Part shown: in pieces, positions 1 to 11,112 of the stretch
Numbering within the stretch: the stretch's first letter is position 1
Layout: each line of letters starts with the position of its first letter
DNA from: Rebecca billardiae RCC1528
Lineage: Eukaryota > Protista > Haptophyta
Direction of reading: 5' to 3'
NCBI GenBank assembly: GCA_965240325.2
Contig: OZ251228.1
Coordinates: 62,001-126,000 of the forward strand
Length of the DNA stretch: 64,000 nt
Notes under the pieces: generated by a model
The model's input: only the letters and a program-made list of their open reading frames with translations
What the model was told of the DNA's origin: nothing
The model's database searches: none
Program-made: the position numbers and the translations under genes

Positions 1-1423
1 GCGGTGCGCGCGACGGCGGCGCGCCCGGTGGCGCTGCTGTTGGAAGCTACTGCGCCCCTCTCCACCTCGCGCGCTTCGCTCGTCGTCGCCGTCTCCGCAC
101 CTGCTACCGGCATGCACGCGTGCGCAGCGCCTCGGACGCCCGTTGACGGCGCGCGCCCCGGCAACCGCCCATCACCGGCGGCGGCGAGTGCTGTTGCGGT
201 TGGATGGAATCGGATGGTCTGCTGATAGTTGGACCAACCAACCAACGCCCTCGGTGGGCTTGGGCTTTGGTGTACGGAGCGTTCGGTGGAACTTGAGCCT
301 CGGCACATTTCCCAGCGAAGTGGCCCACCTCGACGTGGCTGGCACGCTCGTCACGCGCTCCCGAGCGCTCGTTTCGCGGTGCCGCAGGCCTTGGGCAGAC
401 CAGTCAGACATGGCGCGACCGCATTACCGGGCCATGTGCGCACCACATCCGCGCTACGTGGCCTGCGCTCTGGACGACTGGGAGTCAATGCCCGGACCCA
501 CTGCATTCCACTGCCCCGCATGCACCCCGAGTCACCGTCAGAGGGCGTCGACGAGCGCAGAGCGGGTGCGCGGGAGTTCAACCAACTCGTGTACCTTCTT
601 GCAAGCACCAGTGGCGAGGTCGCACGCCCAATCGTGACCAGCCGTGGAACTTGACTCTTGAGCCGGTCGGCAGCAAAACCACCGTGTGGCGGCCGAGATG
701 AAGTAGCAGCGTGCAACTGCAAGGAGGAGGCGCGGTGCGTGTCCGCGGCTGGCGAGAGGCGTCCGGACCGTGATGTTCTCGGCCGCGTCCGCGCGCTTCC
801 CGCCGCCGCAGGCCCCGTGTACGCCCGTCGTCGCCCTCGCCGCGTGGGGCGTGGGCGCCCACCGAGCTCAAGTTCCATGGCAAGGAAGTACTGTACTGAT
901 CTACAGTTTACGATACAGTACGTAGTAAGATTTAACGTGCACACTTGGTTCAACAGTACGTAGTGATCTTGACAATGTGGCCGTGCACGCGGCAACAGGG
1001 CTCAGGCGGCCCAGTTGTCGAGTGCAGGCGTGTGTGGCTTGCGATGGCAGCCAGCCGTCAGCCGGGGCGCCACGCCCACGGTTCGCTGGTGGGCTGGCCC
1101 GATGGCGTCGCAGAGCTCACGCGTACGGGGGAGGAGGGCATCGACGAGGAGACGACCAAGGGCGAGAAGCAGCCGGGGGCACGCAGCACGGGGCTCGGAG
1201 CATGCCGCCAGCACGCATGCCTCCACACCGTCGCACGTCACCCTTGCTCGTAGCTGTGCGCTGTGCTGCACTCATCTCACCATCGCCCATGCTACGGGCG
1301 CGGCCGGGTGGTGGACATCTACCTGTCGGCGCAGCACTGGCATCGGTGGTCGCCAGACACTTCTCGACTTGCTCTGCGCGTGACAGCAAGGAGACGGCAG
1401 CGCCACAGCTGTGTGAGCAGATG
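1..1423. repeat. Left arm of long inverted repeat (partner 7073-8495); continues beyond window start
   Basis: Position i pairs with 8496-i. Mirrored ORFs give identical translations (104..328- = 8168..8392+; 351..995- = 7501..8145+). The match ends at ...gagcagatg (1423) / catctgctc (7073). Confidence 0.95.
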
Positions 1424-1589
1424 TCAGGTGCTGCTCTGCTCAGTGAGGCTGATAGACTGAGCACGCATGGCGGGCGCTGGCATTCCCCCGCATCCATGAG
1501 CCCAACAGGTGCATAGCCGTGCCCAGGAGCGCAGGACCAACCGCCCGGTGCTGCTTCAAACACCTGCGCCCCACGCTGCAGGCAGGATG

Positions 1590-3430
1590 AGGGGCGCTCG
1601 ACTCTACGCCGCACGCGGCGGCAGCAGCTGGGCCGCTGGGATGGTCCTGCGCGGATGACGGCGGTCGCCGCGGCTGACAGCTTGGTGTCACTGGTTCGAC
1701 GGGCCTGGACGACGGACGCGCCGAGCACGGTGACGCTGTTCGATGCGCCCACGGCACTGCCCAGCGCGCTGGAGGCGTCGCCATCTGGTGCTGCTGTGCC
1801 TGCGCCCAGCTTGGGCACCAGCAGCTGCGCTCAACTCCCCGCCGCGGGCAGCGGCAGGGATGGTGCCACGGCGGTCGGCGGCGGTCGGCGGAGCTGTCAG
1901 CTCGGCGGTGCACGCCCGAGGGGCGTGGGCGCTGGACGCACCGAGCGCGGTGACGCTGCTCGCCTCGACCATCGCGCTGGAGCCGCTGCCATCCGGTGCT
2001 GCTGCGCCCGCGCCCAGCTTGGGCAGCAGCAGCAGCGCTCGACTCCGCGCCGCGTGCGGCGGCAGCAGCAGGGATGGTGCCACGGCGGGCGGCGGCGGTC
2101 GACGGAGCTGTCAGCTCGGCGGTGCACGCCCGAGGGGCGTGGGCGGTGGGCGCATCGAGCGCCGTGACGCTGCTCGCCTCGCCCATCGCGCTGGAGCCGC
2201 TGCCATCCGGTGCTGCTGCGCCCGCGCCCAGCTTGGGCAGCAGCAGCAGCGCTCGACTCCGCGCCGCGTGCGGCGGCAGCAGCAGGGATGGTGCCACGGC
2301 GGGCGGCGGCGGTCGACGGAGCTGTCAGCTCGGCGGTGCACGCCCGAGGGGCGTGGGCGGTGGGCGTACCGAGCGCCGTGACGCTGCTCGCCTCGCCCAT
2401 GGCGCTGGAGCCGCTGCCATCCGACGCTGCTGCGCCCGCGCCCAGCCGTGGCAGCAGCAGCAGCGCTCGACTCCGCGCCGCGTGCGGCGGCAGCAGCAGG
2501 GATGGTGCCACGGCGGGCGGCGGCGGTCGACGTAGCTGGAAGCTCGGCGGTGCACGCCCGAGGGGCGTGGGCGCTGGACGCACCGAGCGCCGTGACGCTG
2601 CTCGCCTCGCCCATCGCGCTGGAGCCGCTGCCATCCGGTGCTGCTGCGCCCGCGCCCAGCCGTGGCAGCAGCAGCAGCGCTCGACTCCGCGCCGCGTGCG
2701 GCGGCAGCAGCAGGGATGGTGCCACGGCGGGCGGCGGCGGTCGACGGAGCTGTCAGCTCGGCGGTGCACGCCCGAGGGGCGTAGGCGCTGGACGCACCGA
2801 GCGCCGTGACGCTGCTCGCCTCGCCCATCGCGCTGGAGCCGCTGCCATCCGGTGCTGCTGCGCCCGCGCCCAGCCGTGGCAGCAGCAGCAGCGCTCGACT
2901 CCGCGCCGCGTGCGGCAGCAGCAGCAGGGATGGTGCCACGGCGGGCGGCGGCGGTCGACGGAGCTGGAAGATCGGCGGTGCACGCCCGAGGGGCGTGGGC
3001 GGTGGGCGCACCGAGCGCGGTGCCGCTGCTCGCCTCGCCCATGGCGCTCGAGCCGCTGCCATCCGACGCTGCTGCGCCCGCGCCCAGCTTGGGCAGCAGC
3101 GGCTGCGCTCGACTCCGCGCCGCGTGCGGCGGCAGCAGCAGGGATCGTGCTACGGTGGGCGACGGTGGTCTCTAGAGCTGAAAGCTCGGCGGTGTGCGCC
3201 TGAGGGCCCTGGGCGGCGGGCGCATTGAGCGCGCTGACGCCTCTCGCCTCGCCTGGCGCGCTGGAGACGCTCCCATCCGATGCTGCTGCACCTGCGCCCT
3301 GGCGCGCTGAGTGCGGCTGCAGCATCAGGGATGGCGCCACGGCGGGCGGGCGGCGGTGGATGCAGCTATCAGCTCGGTGCTGCACGCGCGAGGGGCCTGG
3401 GCGGAAGGCGCGCGCAATGCAGTGACGCTG
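1590..3430 (-). repeat. Tandem array of 214-bp unit (~6-7 conserved plus degenerate flanking copies), inverted relative to 4250-6720
   Basis: Motif ctcggcggtgcacgcccgagggg recurs every 214 bp; ORF ends are offset by 214 (1897, 2111, 2325). Confidence 0.93.
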
Positions 3431-4249
3431 ATGCACGCAAGCCCGGCGGCGCAGACCCGAGTCGTAGCCCGGCAGGTAGGCGGCACAGTAGTAGCATAGT
3501 TTTCGTCAGCATCGATCAGCATCGATCACGCGCATCATCACTGGCTACGACATCAGCGCATCCCGGCCTACACGGGACGGAGGCGGAGTGGCGTATATAT
3601 ATATATATATATCGCGTCGATCAGACTGACGCAGTCCGCGCGCAACTGAGCATCAGCAGGCAGTCCGACCGGGCCGTCTCCATCCGCGGCCACCGTTCGT
3701 CCGACGAAGTCACATCACTACACGGTACTACACCGTCACAGCAGATATATATCCGGAGCATACATATATACGCAGTGATGCCTGATGGCGCCACGGTTGT
3801 GCTGGCGGCTCACAGTCACACTCGATCAGTCGTCGCGTCCGGGTATAATAATAAGTGCGATGCCGAAGTACTGCTTAGTATGAGTATAGTCTGCGCTGAT
3901 GGCGATGGCTTAGCAGTCGTCGATCTGCTTATTACAGACTGCTGTTCTTAATAGTCTTACGGGCGGACCGTATACGGCTCAATAAACTCAATGTAGCAGC
4001 GCGCAGCAGTCGACATCACTCATCAGAGTAATAAGCTCAGTGACTAAGCTGACGACGATGAGGCGACTACGTGACGCGCGCGGTACTAGATCCGCGCCGA
4101 CCGTCAGCTTATAGCCTATAGGCCGCGGTCATCCGGGCACCGTGCTACACTCCGGCGCGACACGGTCAGCTGGTCAGCAGCTAGTAGAGTCGTATAGTTT
4201 AACGACCGGTCGTCGGCGTGCCAAGCAGTACTCAGCACCGCCCGACCAC

Positions 4250-6720
4250 CGCCGCCGGCCTGGCTGTGGCACCTCCCTGCTGCTACCACCGCATGCGGCG
4301 CGAAGCCTCCTGAGCGCAGCTGCTGCCAGCTGCAGCCGTGCAGCGGCGCCGTGGCACGGGCGCAGCGGCATCGAATGGCAGAGGCTCGAGCGCGCTACGG
4401 AACGAGGCGAGCGGCGACACCACGCTCGGTGCGTCCAGCGCCCACGCCTCTCGGGTGGGCACTGCCAAGCTTTCAGCTGCTGCGGCCGCCCGCCGTGGCA
4501 CCATCCCTGCTGCTGCCGCCGCACGCGGCGCGGAGTCGAGCGCTGCCGCTGCTGCCCAAGCTGGGCGCCGGCGCAGCAGCGTCGGATGGCAGCGGCTCCA
4601 GTGCCATGGGCGAGGCGAGCAGCGTCACCGCGTTCGGTGCCTCCAGCGCCCACGCCCCTCGGGCGTGCACCGCCGAGCTGACAGCTGCGTCGACAGCCGC
4701 CGCCCGCCATGGCACCATCCCTGCTGCTGCTGCCGCACGCGGCGCGGAGTCGAGCGCTGCTGCTGCTGCCACGGCTGGGCGCGGGCGCAGCAGCACCGGA
4801 TGGCAGCGGCTCCAGCGCCATGGGCGAGGCGAGCAGCGTCACCGCGTTCGGTGCCTCCAGCGCCCACGCCCCTCGGGCGTGCACCGCCGAGCTGACAGCT
4901 GCGTCGACAGCCGCCGCCCGCCATGGCACCATCCCTGCTGCTGCCGCCGCACGCGGCGCGGAGTCGAGCGCTGCCGCTGCTGCCCAAGCTGGGCGCCGGC
5001 GCAGCAGCGTCGGATGGCAGCGGCTCCAGTGCCATGGGCGAGGCGAGCAGCGTCACCGCGTTCGGTGCCTCCAGCGCCCACGCCCCTCGGGCGTGCACCG
5101 CCGAGCTGACAGCTGCGTCGACAGCCGCCGCCCGCCATGGCACCATCCCTGCTGCTGCTGCCGCACGCGGCGCGGAGTCGAGCGCTGCTGCTGCTGCCAC
5201 GGCTGGGCGCGGGCGCAGCAGCACCGGATGGCAGCGGCTCCAGCGCGATGGGCGAGGCGAGCAGCGTCACGGCGCTCGGTGCGTCCAGCGCCCACGCCCC
5301 TCGGGCGTGCACCGCCGAGCTGACAGCTGCGTCGACCGCCGCCGCCCGCCGTGGCACCATCCCTGCTGCTGCCGCCGCACGCGGCGCGGGGTCGAGCGCT
5401 GCTGCTGCTGCCACGGCTGGGCGCGGGCGCAGTAGCACCGGATGGCAGCGGCTCCAGCGCGATGGTCGAGGAGAGCAGCGTCACCGCGTTCGGTGCCTCC
5501 AGCGCCCACGCCCCTCGGGCGTGCACCGCCGAGCTGACAGCTCCGTCGACCGCCGCCGCCCGCCATGGCACCATCCCTGCTGCTGCCGCCGCACGCGGCG
5601 CGGAGTCGAGCGCTGCTGCTGCTGCCTCGGCTGGGCGCGGGCGCAGCAGCACCGGATGGCAGCGGCTCCAGCGCGATGGGCGAGGCGAGCAGCGTCACGG
5701 CGCTCGATGCGCCCACCGCTCACGCCCCTCGGGCGTGCACCGCCGAGCTGACAGCTCCGTCGACCGCCGCCGCCCGCCGTGGCACCATCCCTGCTGCTGC
5801 CGCCGCACGCGGCGCGGAGTCGAGCGCTGCTGCTGCTGCCACGGCTGGGCGCGGGCGCAGCAGCACCGGATGGCAGCGGCTCCAGCGCGATGGGCGAGGC
5901 GAGCAGCGTCACGGCGCTCGGTGCGCCCAGCGCCCACGCCCCTCGGGCGTGCACCGCCGAGCTTCCAGCTGCGTCGACCGCCGCCGCCCGCCGTGGCACC
6001 ATCCCTGCTGCTGCCGCCGCACGCGGCGCGGAGTCGAGCGCTGCTGCTGCTGCCACGGCTGGGCGCGGGCGCAGCAGCGTCGGATGGCAGCGGCTCCAGC
6101 GCCATGGGCGAGGCGAGCAGCGTCACGGCGCTCGGTGCGCCCAGCGCCCACGCCTCTCGGGCGTGCACCGCCGAGCTGACAGCTCCGTCGACCGCCGCCG
6201 CCCGCCGTGGCACCATCCCTGCTGCTGCTGCCGCACGCGGCGCGGAGTCGAGCGCTGCTGCTGCTGCCTCGGCTGGGCGCGGGCGCAGCAGCACCGGATG
6301 GCAGCGGCTCCAGCGCGATGGGCGAGGCGAGCAGCGTCACGGCGCTCGGTGCGCCCAGCGCCCACGCCCCTCGGGCGTGCACCGCCGAGCTTCCAGCTGC
6401 GTTGACCGCCGCCGCCCGCCGTGGCACCATCCCTGCTTGTGCCGCCAATGCGGCGCGGAGTCGAGCGCTGCTGCAGCTGGGCCCCAGCTGGGCGCAGGCA
6501 CAGCAGCACCAGATGGCAGCGGCTCCAGCGCGCTGGGCAGTGCCGTGGTCGCGTGGAGTGACGTCAACGCGCTCGACGCGTCCGTCGCCGTGGCCCCTCG
6601 AGCGAGCGACACCGAGCTGTCATCTGCGGCGAACGCCGTCATCCGCAGCGGGACCATCCCAGCAGCTGCTGCCGCATGCGGTGCAGATTCGCCGAGCGTG
6701 GCTGCTGCTGGTGTTGGCCC
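4250..6720 (+). repeat. Tandem array of 214-bp unit (~9 conserved plus degenerate edge copies)
   Basis: gtgcaccgccgagct recurs every 214 bp from ~4666 to ~6378; ORF starts at 4709, 4923, 5137, 5351, 5565, 5779. Confidence 0.95.
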
Positions 6721-7072
6721 GGATGGGCGCGGGCGCAGCATCATCAGTTGCCAGCGACCCCATCGCGGTGGACGCGATGGGCTAGGTCGCTACTTTCGGC
6801 GCGCCATTGCCCAGGCCGTTCAAGCGAGCACCACCGAGCTGATCGCTGGAGCGACTGCCGCCGCCCGTCGTGGTACTGTACTGCTGCTTGCTGCTGCAGC
6901 ATCAACAGCGCCGCTACTACTATTAGCAGCAGCGCTGGGCGCGTGTATCCGAAGCAGCACCGTACTGTATTGATGGCCCTGCCGTCTGAGTAGGGGAACA
7001 TGCCAGTAGCTCGCATGCACCAGGATTGCAGTCCATGCCAGTACTGCCTCGCCGAGTAGAGTAGTAGGACCT

Positions 7073-8495
7073 CATCTGCTCACACAGCTGTGGCGCTGCC
7101 GTCTCCTTGCTGTCACGCGCAGAGCAAGTCGAGAAGTGTCTGGCGACCACCGATGCCAGTGCTGCGCCGACAGGTAGATGTCCACCACCCGGCCGCGCCC
7201 GTAGCATGGGCGATGGTGAGATGAGTGCAGCACAGCGCACAGCTACGAGCAAGGGTGACGTGCGACGGTGTGGAGGCATGCGTGCTGGCGGCATGCTCCG
7301 AGCCCCGTGCTGCGTGCCCCCGGCTGCTTCTCGCCCTTGGTCGTCTCCTCGTCGATGCCCTCCTCCCCCGTACGCGTGAGCTCTGCGACGCCATCGGGCC
7401 AGCCCACCAGCGAACCGTGGGCGTGGCGCCCCGGCTGACGGCTGGCTGCCATCGCAAGCCACACACGCCTGCACTCGACAACTGGGCCGCCTGAGCCCTG
7501 TTGCCGCGTGCACGGCCACATTGTCAAGATCACTACGTACTGTTGAACCAAGTGTGCACGTTAAATCTTACTACGTACTGTATCGTAAACTGTAGATCAG
7601 TACAGTACTTCCTTGCCATGGAACTTGAGCTCGGTGGGCGCCCACGCCCCACGCGGCGAGGGCGACGACGGGCGTACACGGGGCCTGCGGCGGCGGGAAG
7701 CGCGCGGACGCGGCCGAGAACATCACGGTCCGGACGCCTCTCGCCAGCCGCGGACACGCACCGCGCCTCCTCCTTGCAGTTGCACGCTGCTACTTCATCT
7801 CGGCCGCCACACGGTGGTTTTGCTGCCGACCGGCTCAAGAGTCAAGTTCCACGGCTGGTCACGATTGGGCGTGCGACCTCGCCACTGGTGCTTGCAAGAA
7901 GGTACACGAGTTGGTTGAACTCCCGCGCACCCGCTCTGCGCTCGTCGACGCCCTCTGACGGTGACTCGGGGTGCATGCGGGGCAGTGGAATGCAGTGGGT
8001 CCGGGCATTGACTCCCAGTCGTCCAGAGCGCAGGCCACGTAGCGCGGATGTGGTGCGCACATGGCCCGGTAATGCGGTCGCGCCATGTCTGACTGGTCTG
8101 CCCAAGGCCTGCGGCACCGCGAAACGAGCGCTCGGGAGCGCGTGACGAGCGTGCCAGCCACGTCGAGGTGGGCCACTTCGCTGGGAAATGTGCCGAGGCT
8201 CAAGTTCCACCGAACGCTCCGTACACCAAAGCCCAAGCCCACCGAGGGCGTTGGTTGGTTGGTCCAACTATCAGCAGACCATCCGATTCCATCCAACCGC
8301 AACAGCACTCGCCGCCGCCGGTGATGGGCGGTTGCCGGGGCGCGCGCCGTCAACGGGCGTCCGAGGCGCTGCGCACGCGTGCATGCCGGTAGCAGGTGCG
8401 GAGACGGCGACGACGAGCGAAGCGCGCGAGGTGGAGAGGGGCGCAGTAGCTTCCAACAGCAGCGCCACCGGGCGCGCCGCCGTCGCGCGCACCGC
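7073..8495. repeat. Right arm of long inverted repeat (may extend to ~8669)
   Basis: Reverse complement of 1-1423. Confidence 0.95.
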
Positions 8496-8669
8496 AGCGC
8501 CCGCAGCGCCTTTACGCCGTCGGTGCGCCCCAAGGCACCCCCATCAGCCATCACCGGTGTCCACCAACGATCACTCAACAGACCAGGGCTCTGTCGAGAG
8601 GCCGCCAAGGTCCGACCGACTCAACAGAGCATTCTTCTGTCGAGTCCAGCTGGCCTCCAAGCTCAACTC

Positions 8670-9106
8670 GGGGCGATGGCCGACGCGACGGGAGTGGCGG
8701 GTTTGGCAGTCTGCGGCGGTTATCGCGTTATGACTGCCGGCGCCGCTTCGCCGCCGCCCGATACCCTCCTCCAGCGCCCCTCCGACCGCACCCCCGCCCG
8801 GACGGGCTCGGAGCTCGGAGCTCGCAGCGCGCCCCCGGACAGCGTTCCGAGCGTGTGGCAGCTCGCTTTTGGCGCGGACCGCAGAAAAGTGAGCGCGCGC
8901 CGGGAGTTGACGGGCAGTGACCGGCTTTGGCGAACAGGAGCGAGTTTCGCCCAGCAGCCGTCCGCTTTCCCGCCCGACCGCACGGCGCACCTCGCCCTGC
9001 CCGACCGCCGACCGGACCGCCGCCCGACTACCAAACCCAGCCGACGGGCCACGCTTGGCGCCGAGCAGCCGCACGGACAACCAGCTGCGCTCCTCCGCCT
9101 CCCGCC
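8670..9106 (+). repeat. Retroelement terminal direct repeat A1
   Basis: ggggcgatggccgacg...ctccgcctcccgcc matches 14585-15021 (offset 5915). Confidence 0.95.
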
Positions 9107-9114
9107 GTCCCGAC

Positions 9115-11112
9115 ATGGCGGTGCCTGCAGTCCAACGCGTGTCGCGGCGCCGCGCGGCGGCAGCGGCCGTCGTCAACCAGCAGGTCCTCGGCGCTCGTGG
9201 GCGCGGCGGCGGGGGCCGCGGTCGGGGCCGGGGTGGGCGCGCGGGTGGCCGCCAAGCAAGTACCCTGCCGCCTGCCGCGCCGGTGCAGCAGCTCGGCCCG
9301 CTGCCGGTCCAGCCGCCGCCCGCGACCGCGCCGGCGGCCGGTGCCAGGACGACGGCGGGGGCTGCTCCCGCGCCCGCGCCCGGGCGAGCGGCCGGCGCCG
9401 CGTCGACGGCGGCTGCTGCGCAGCCGCAGGCACCCGCCCCCCCGGCCGCGCCCGCTGGCCAGCCGGGCATTCCGACTGGCCTACCACCCGACCTCGCGAA
9501 CAGCCTCACTGACTTCCTTCGCGGCGTCCACGGCAACGGTGCGGGTGATGGGGCGGTCGGTGGCCACTCGGGCGCGCCGCCCGCCGACGGCGCACCGACG
9601 GGGCCCACCTCTGTCCCGCCGCCGCGGCCGCCGCCCTGGGGCGTCCGGCCGGCGCCGGACGCGGCGGCGCCCCTCGCCCCGCCCAGCTCGCTCGTGCCGC
9701 ATCCCGTCCCCTTCGGTGGGGCTGGCTTCCTTGCGGGGGCCGCGCACGAGTTCGCGAACGCTTGCGCGCTCGCGGGCGGCGCGGGCGGCCAACTCCGTGG
9801 GACCGGGGGGGGGAGGCCGAGCTTCCCGGCTCGCGGGGCGTTTTCGTCCATGCGGCGCGGCTTGGGCGTGCCGGCGAACGCGGCGGGTTCGGTCGTCTGG
9901 GAGTCCTTCAACATGGCTGAGGTGCCGCACGCGCAGGTCGATCGAAGCGTCTACTTCAACACGAAGGGCGAGCTGCGCGAGGCCTACCAGCTCCTCAGCC
10001 AGCTCCACTTCATACTGCTCGTCGAGCAGGCCGAGGGCTTCTGCACGCGCGCGGGTGACGCCGAGGTGCTGCGCGAGTACAGGGGCTTCGTGATGCAGCT
10101 CGCTGAGGCGCGCGACTGGCGGGCGGCGGCACAGTTCCACTCTGAATTCTCGGAGAGCCTCGGGCGGGTGCTCGACGCGCGCTCGGGCGTGGCGGCGCTG
10201 GTGGCGAGCATCGGTGGCGGGCGGGAGCCGTTCTTCGACTGCTACAAGAACGACAACCCCTTCCATGACAAGTTTGCCATGCGCCCGCTGATGCGCGTCT
10301 ACGGTGGGAGCATGCCGATTCCGCCGCCGCCGCCGTCGCTGATGGTGCAGGACCTGTCGCCCGGCTTTGGCGGGGCGGCGCCCGGCGCAGCGGAGTGGGG
10401 CTGCTGGTCGTGGTCGGCGCCGATGCAGGTGGCGCCGCACGGGCCCGTGCCGCTCTCGTTCACGTGCGCACCCTCGGCAGGATCGTCCTGGGCGCCCCGC
10501 CCGGCGCTGTGCCCGCCGGCGCCGTACCCGCAGGGGCTGCAGGCGGCAGCGCCGGCCCCGCCGGCGCCGCCGGTACAGGGGGCGCAGCCCGGGCCCGCGC
10601 CGCTCGCGCTCACGTACGTGCCGCCGGCGGGTTCGGCCTGGGCGCCCGGGCCGGCGCCGTACACACCGGCGCCGTACCCGCCGGGGCCGCAGGCGCCGCC
10701 TCCCGGCCCGCCGCCCCCGCCGCCAGGCGGGCCGCCGCGGACGCTGCCGCAACCGTTCCCGGGCGCCGCCTCTGCGGGGGGCGTGCCGCCGCTGACGCTG
10801 GCGCGCGAGCTGGCGCGGTACGGGGGTGTGTGCGACGCGAGCGGGCGGCCCCTGCTCTCGGAGGCCAACCACCGCGTCTTCCGCGCGCACGGCTGCCTAC
10901 GGCACCAGCTATTCGGCGACTGCTCCGCGGCGGCGTGCCCGCTGTTCGCCGCGTACCGGTCGGCCGGCGGCCAACCGTCTGCGCAGATGCAGCACAACTT
11001 CACGCTCGCGCACGCCACCAAGTGCGCTCTGTGCGGGAGCCTTGGCCACTTGGCCGGCGCGCACGCCGAGACAGCGCACGTGCAGCAGCACACGGGCGTG
11101 GGCCGCGTCTAG
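9115..11112 (+). CDS. Gag-like ORF1 (665 aa, Pro-rich, C-terminal Cys/His fingers)
   Basis: First ATG lies just after A1. C-terminus has CLRHQLFGDCSAAAC and knuckle-like CALCGSLGHLAGAH. Upstream of RT. Confidence 0.75.
   Translation: MAVPAVQRVSRRRAAAAAVVNQQVLGARGRGGGGRGRGRGGRAGGRQASTLPPAAPVQQLGPLPVQPPPATAPAAGARTTAGAAPAPAPGRAAGAASTAAAAQPQAPAPPAAPAGQPGIPTGLPPDLANSLTDFLRGVHGNGAGDGAVGGHSGAPPADGAPTGPTSVPPPRPPPWGVRPAPDAAAPLAPPSSLVPHPVPFGGAGFLAGAAHEFANACALAGGAGGQLRGTGGGRPSFPARGAFSSMRRGLGVPANAAGSVVWESFNMAEVPHAQVDRSVYFNTKGELREAYQLLSQLHFILLVEQAEGFCTRAGDAEVLREYRGFVMQLAEARDWRAAAQFHSEFSESLGRVLDARSGVAALVASIGGGREPFFDCYKNDNPFHDKFAMRPLMRVYGGSMPIPPPPPSLMVQDLSPGFGGAAPGAAEWGCWSWSAPMQVAPHGPVPLSFTCAPSAGSSWAPRPALCPPAPYPQGLQAAAPAPPAPPVQGAQPGPAPLALTYVPPAGSAWAPGPAPYTPAPYPPGPQAPPPGPPPPPPGGPPRTLPQPFPGAASAGGVPPLTLARELARYGGVCDASGRPLLSEANHRVFRAHGCLRHQLFGDCSAAACPLFAAYRSAGGQPSAQMQHNFTLAHATKCALCGSLGHLAGAHAETAHVQQHTGVGRV

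Larger units (their letters stand above)
1..8495. mobile_element. Foldback-like non-autonomous element or giant palindrome
   Basis: Long inverted arms, internal inverted tandem arrays and a ~0.8-kb unique spacer (3430-4250). No credible coding sequence; true termini not visible. Confidence 0.55.

Noticed and set aside
1440-6973. Many 150-540-aa ORFs in the 214-bp arrays
   Set aside because: The unit length is not a multiple of 3 and the same peptides rotate through all frames; a stop-poor GC artefact.
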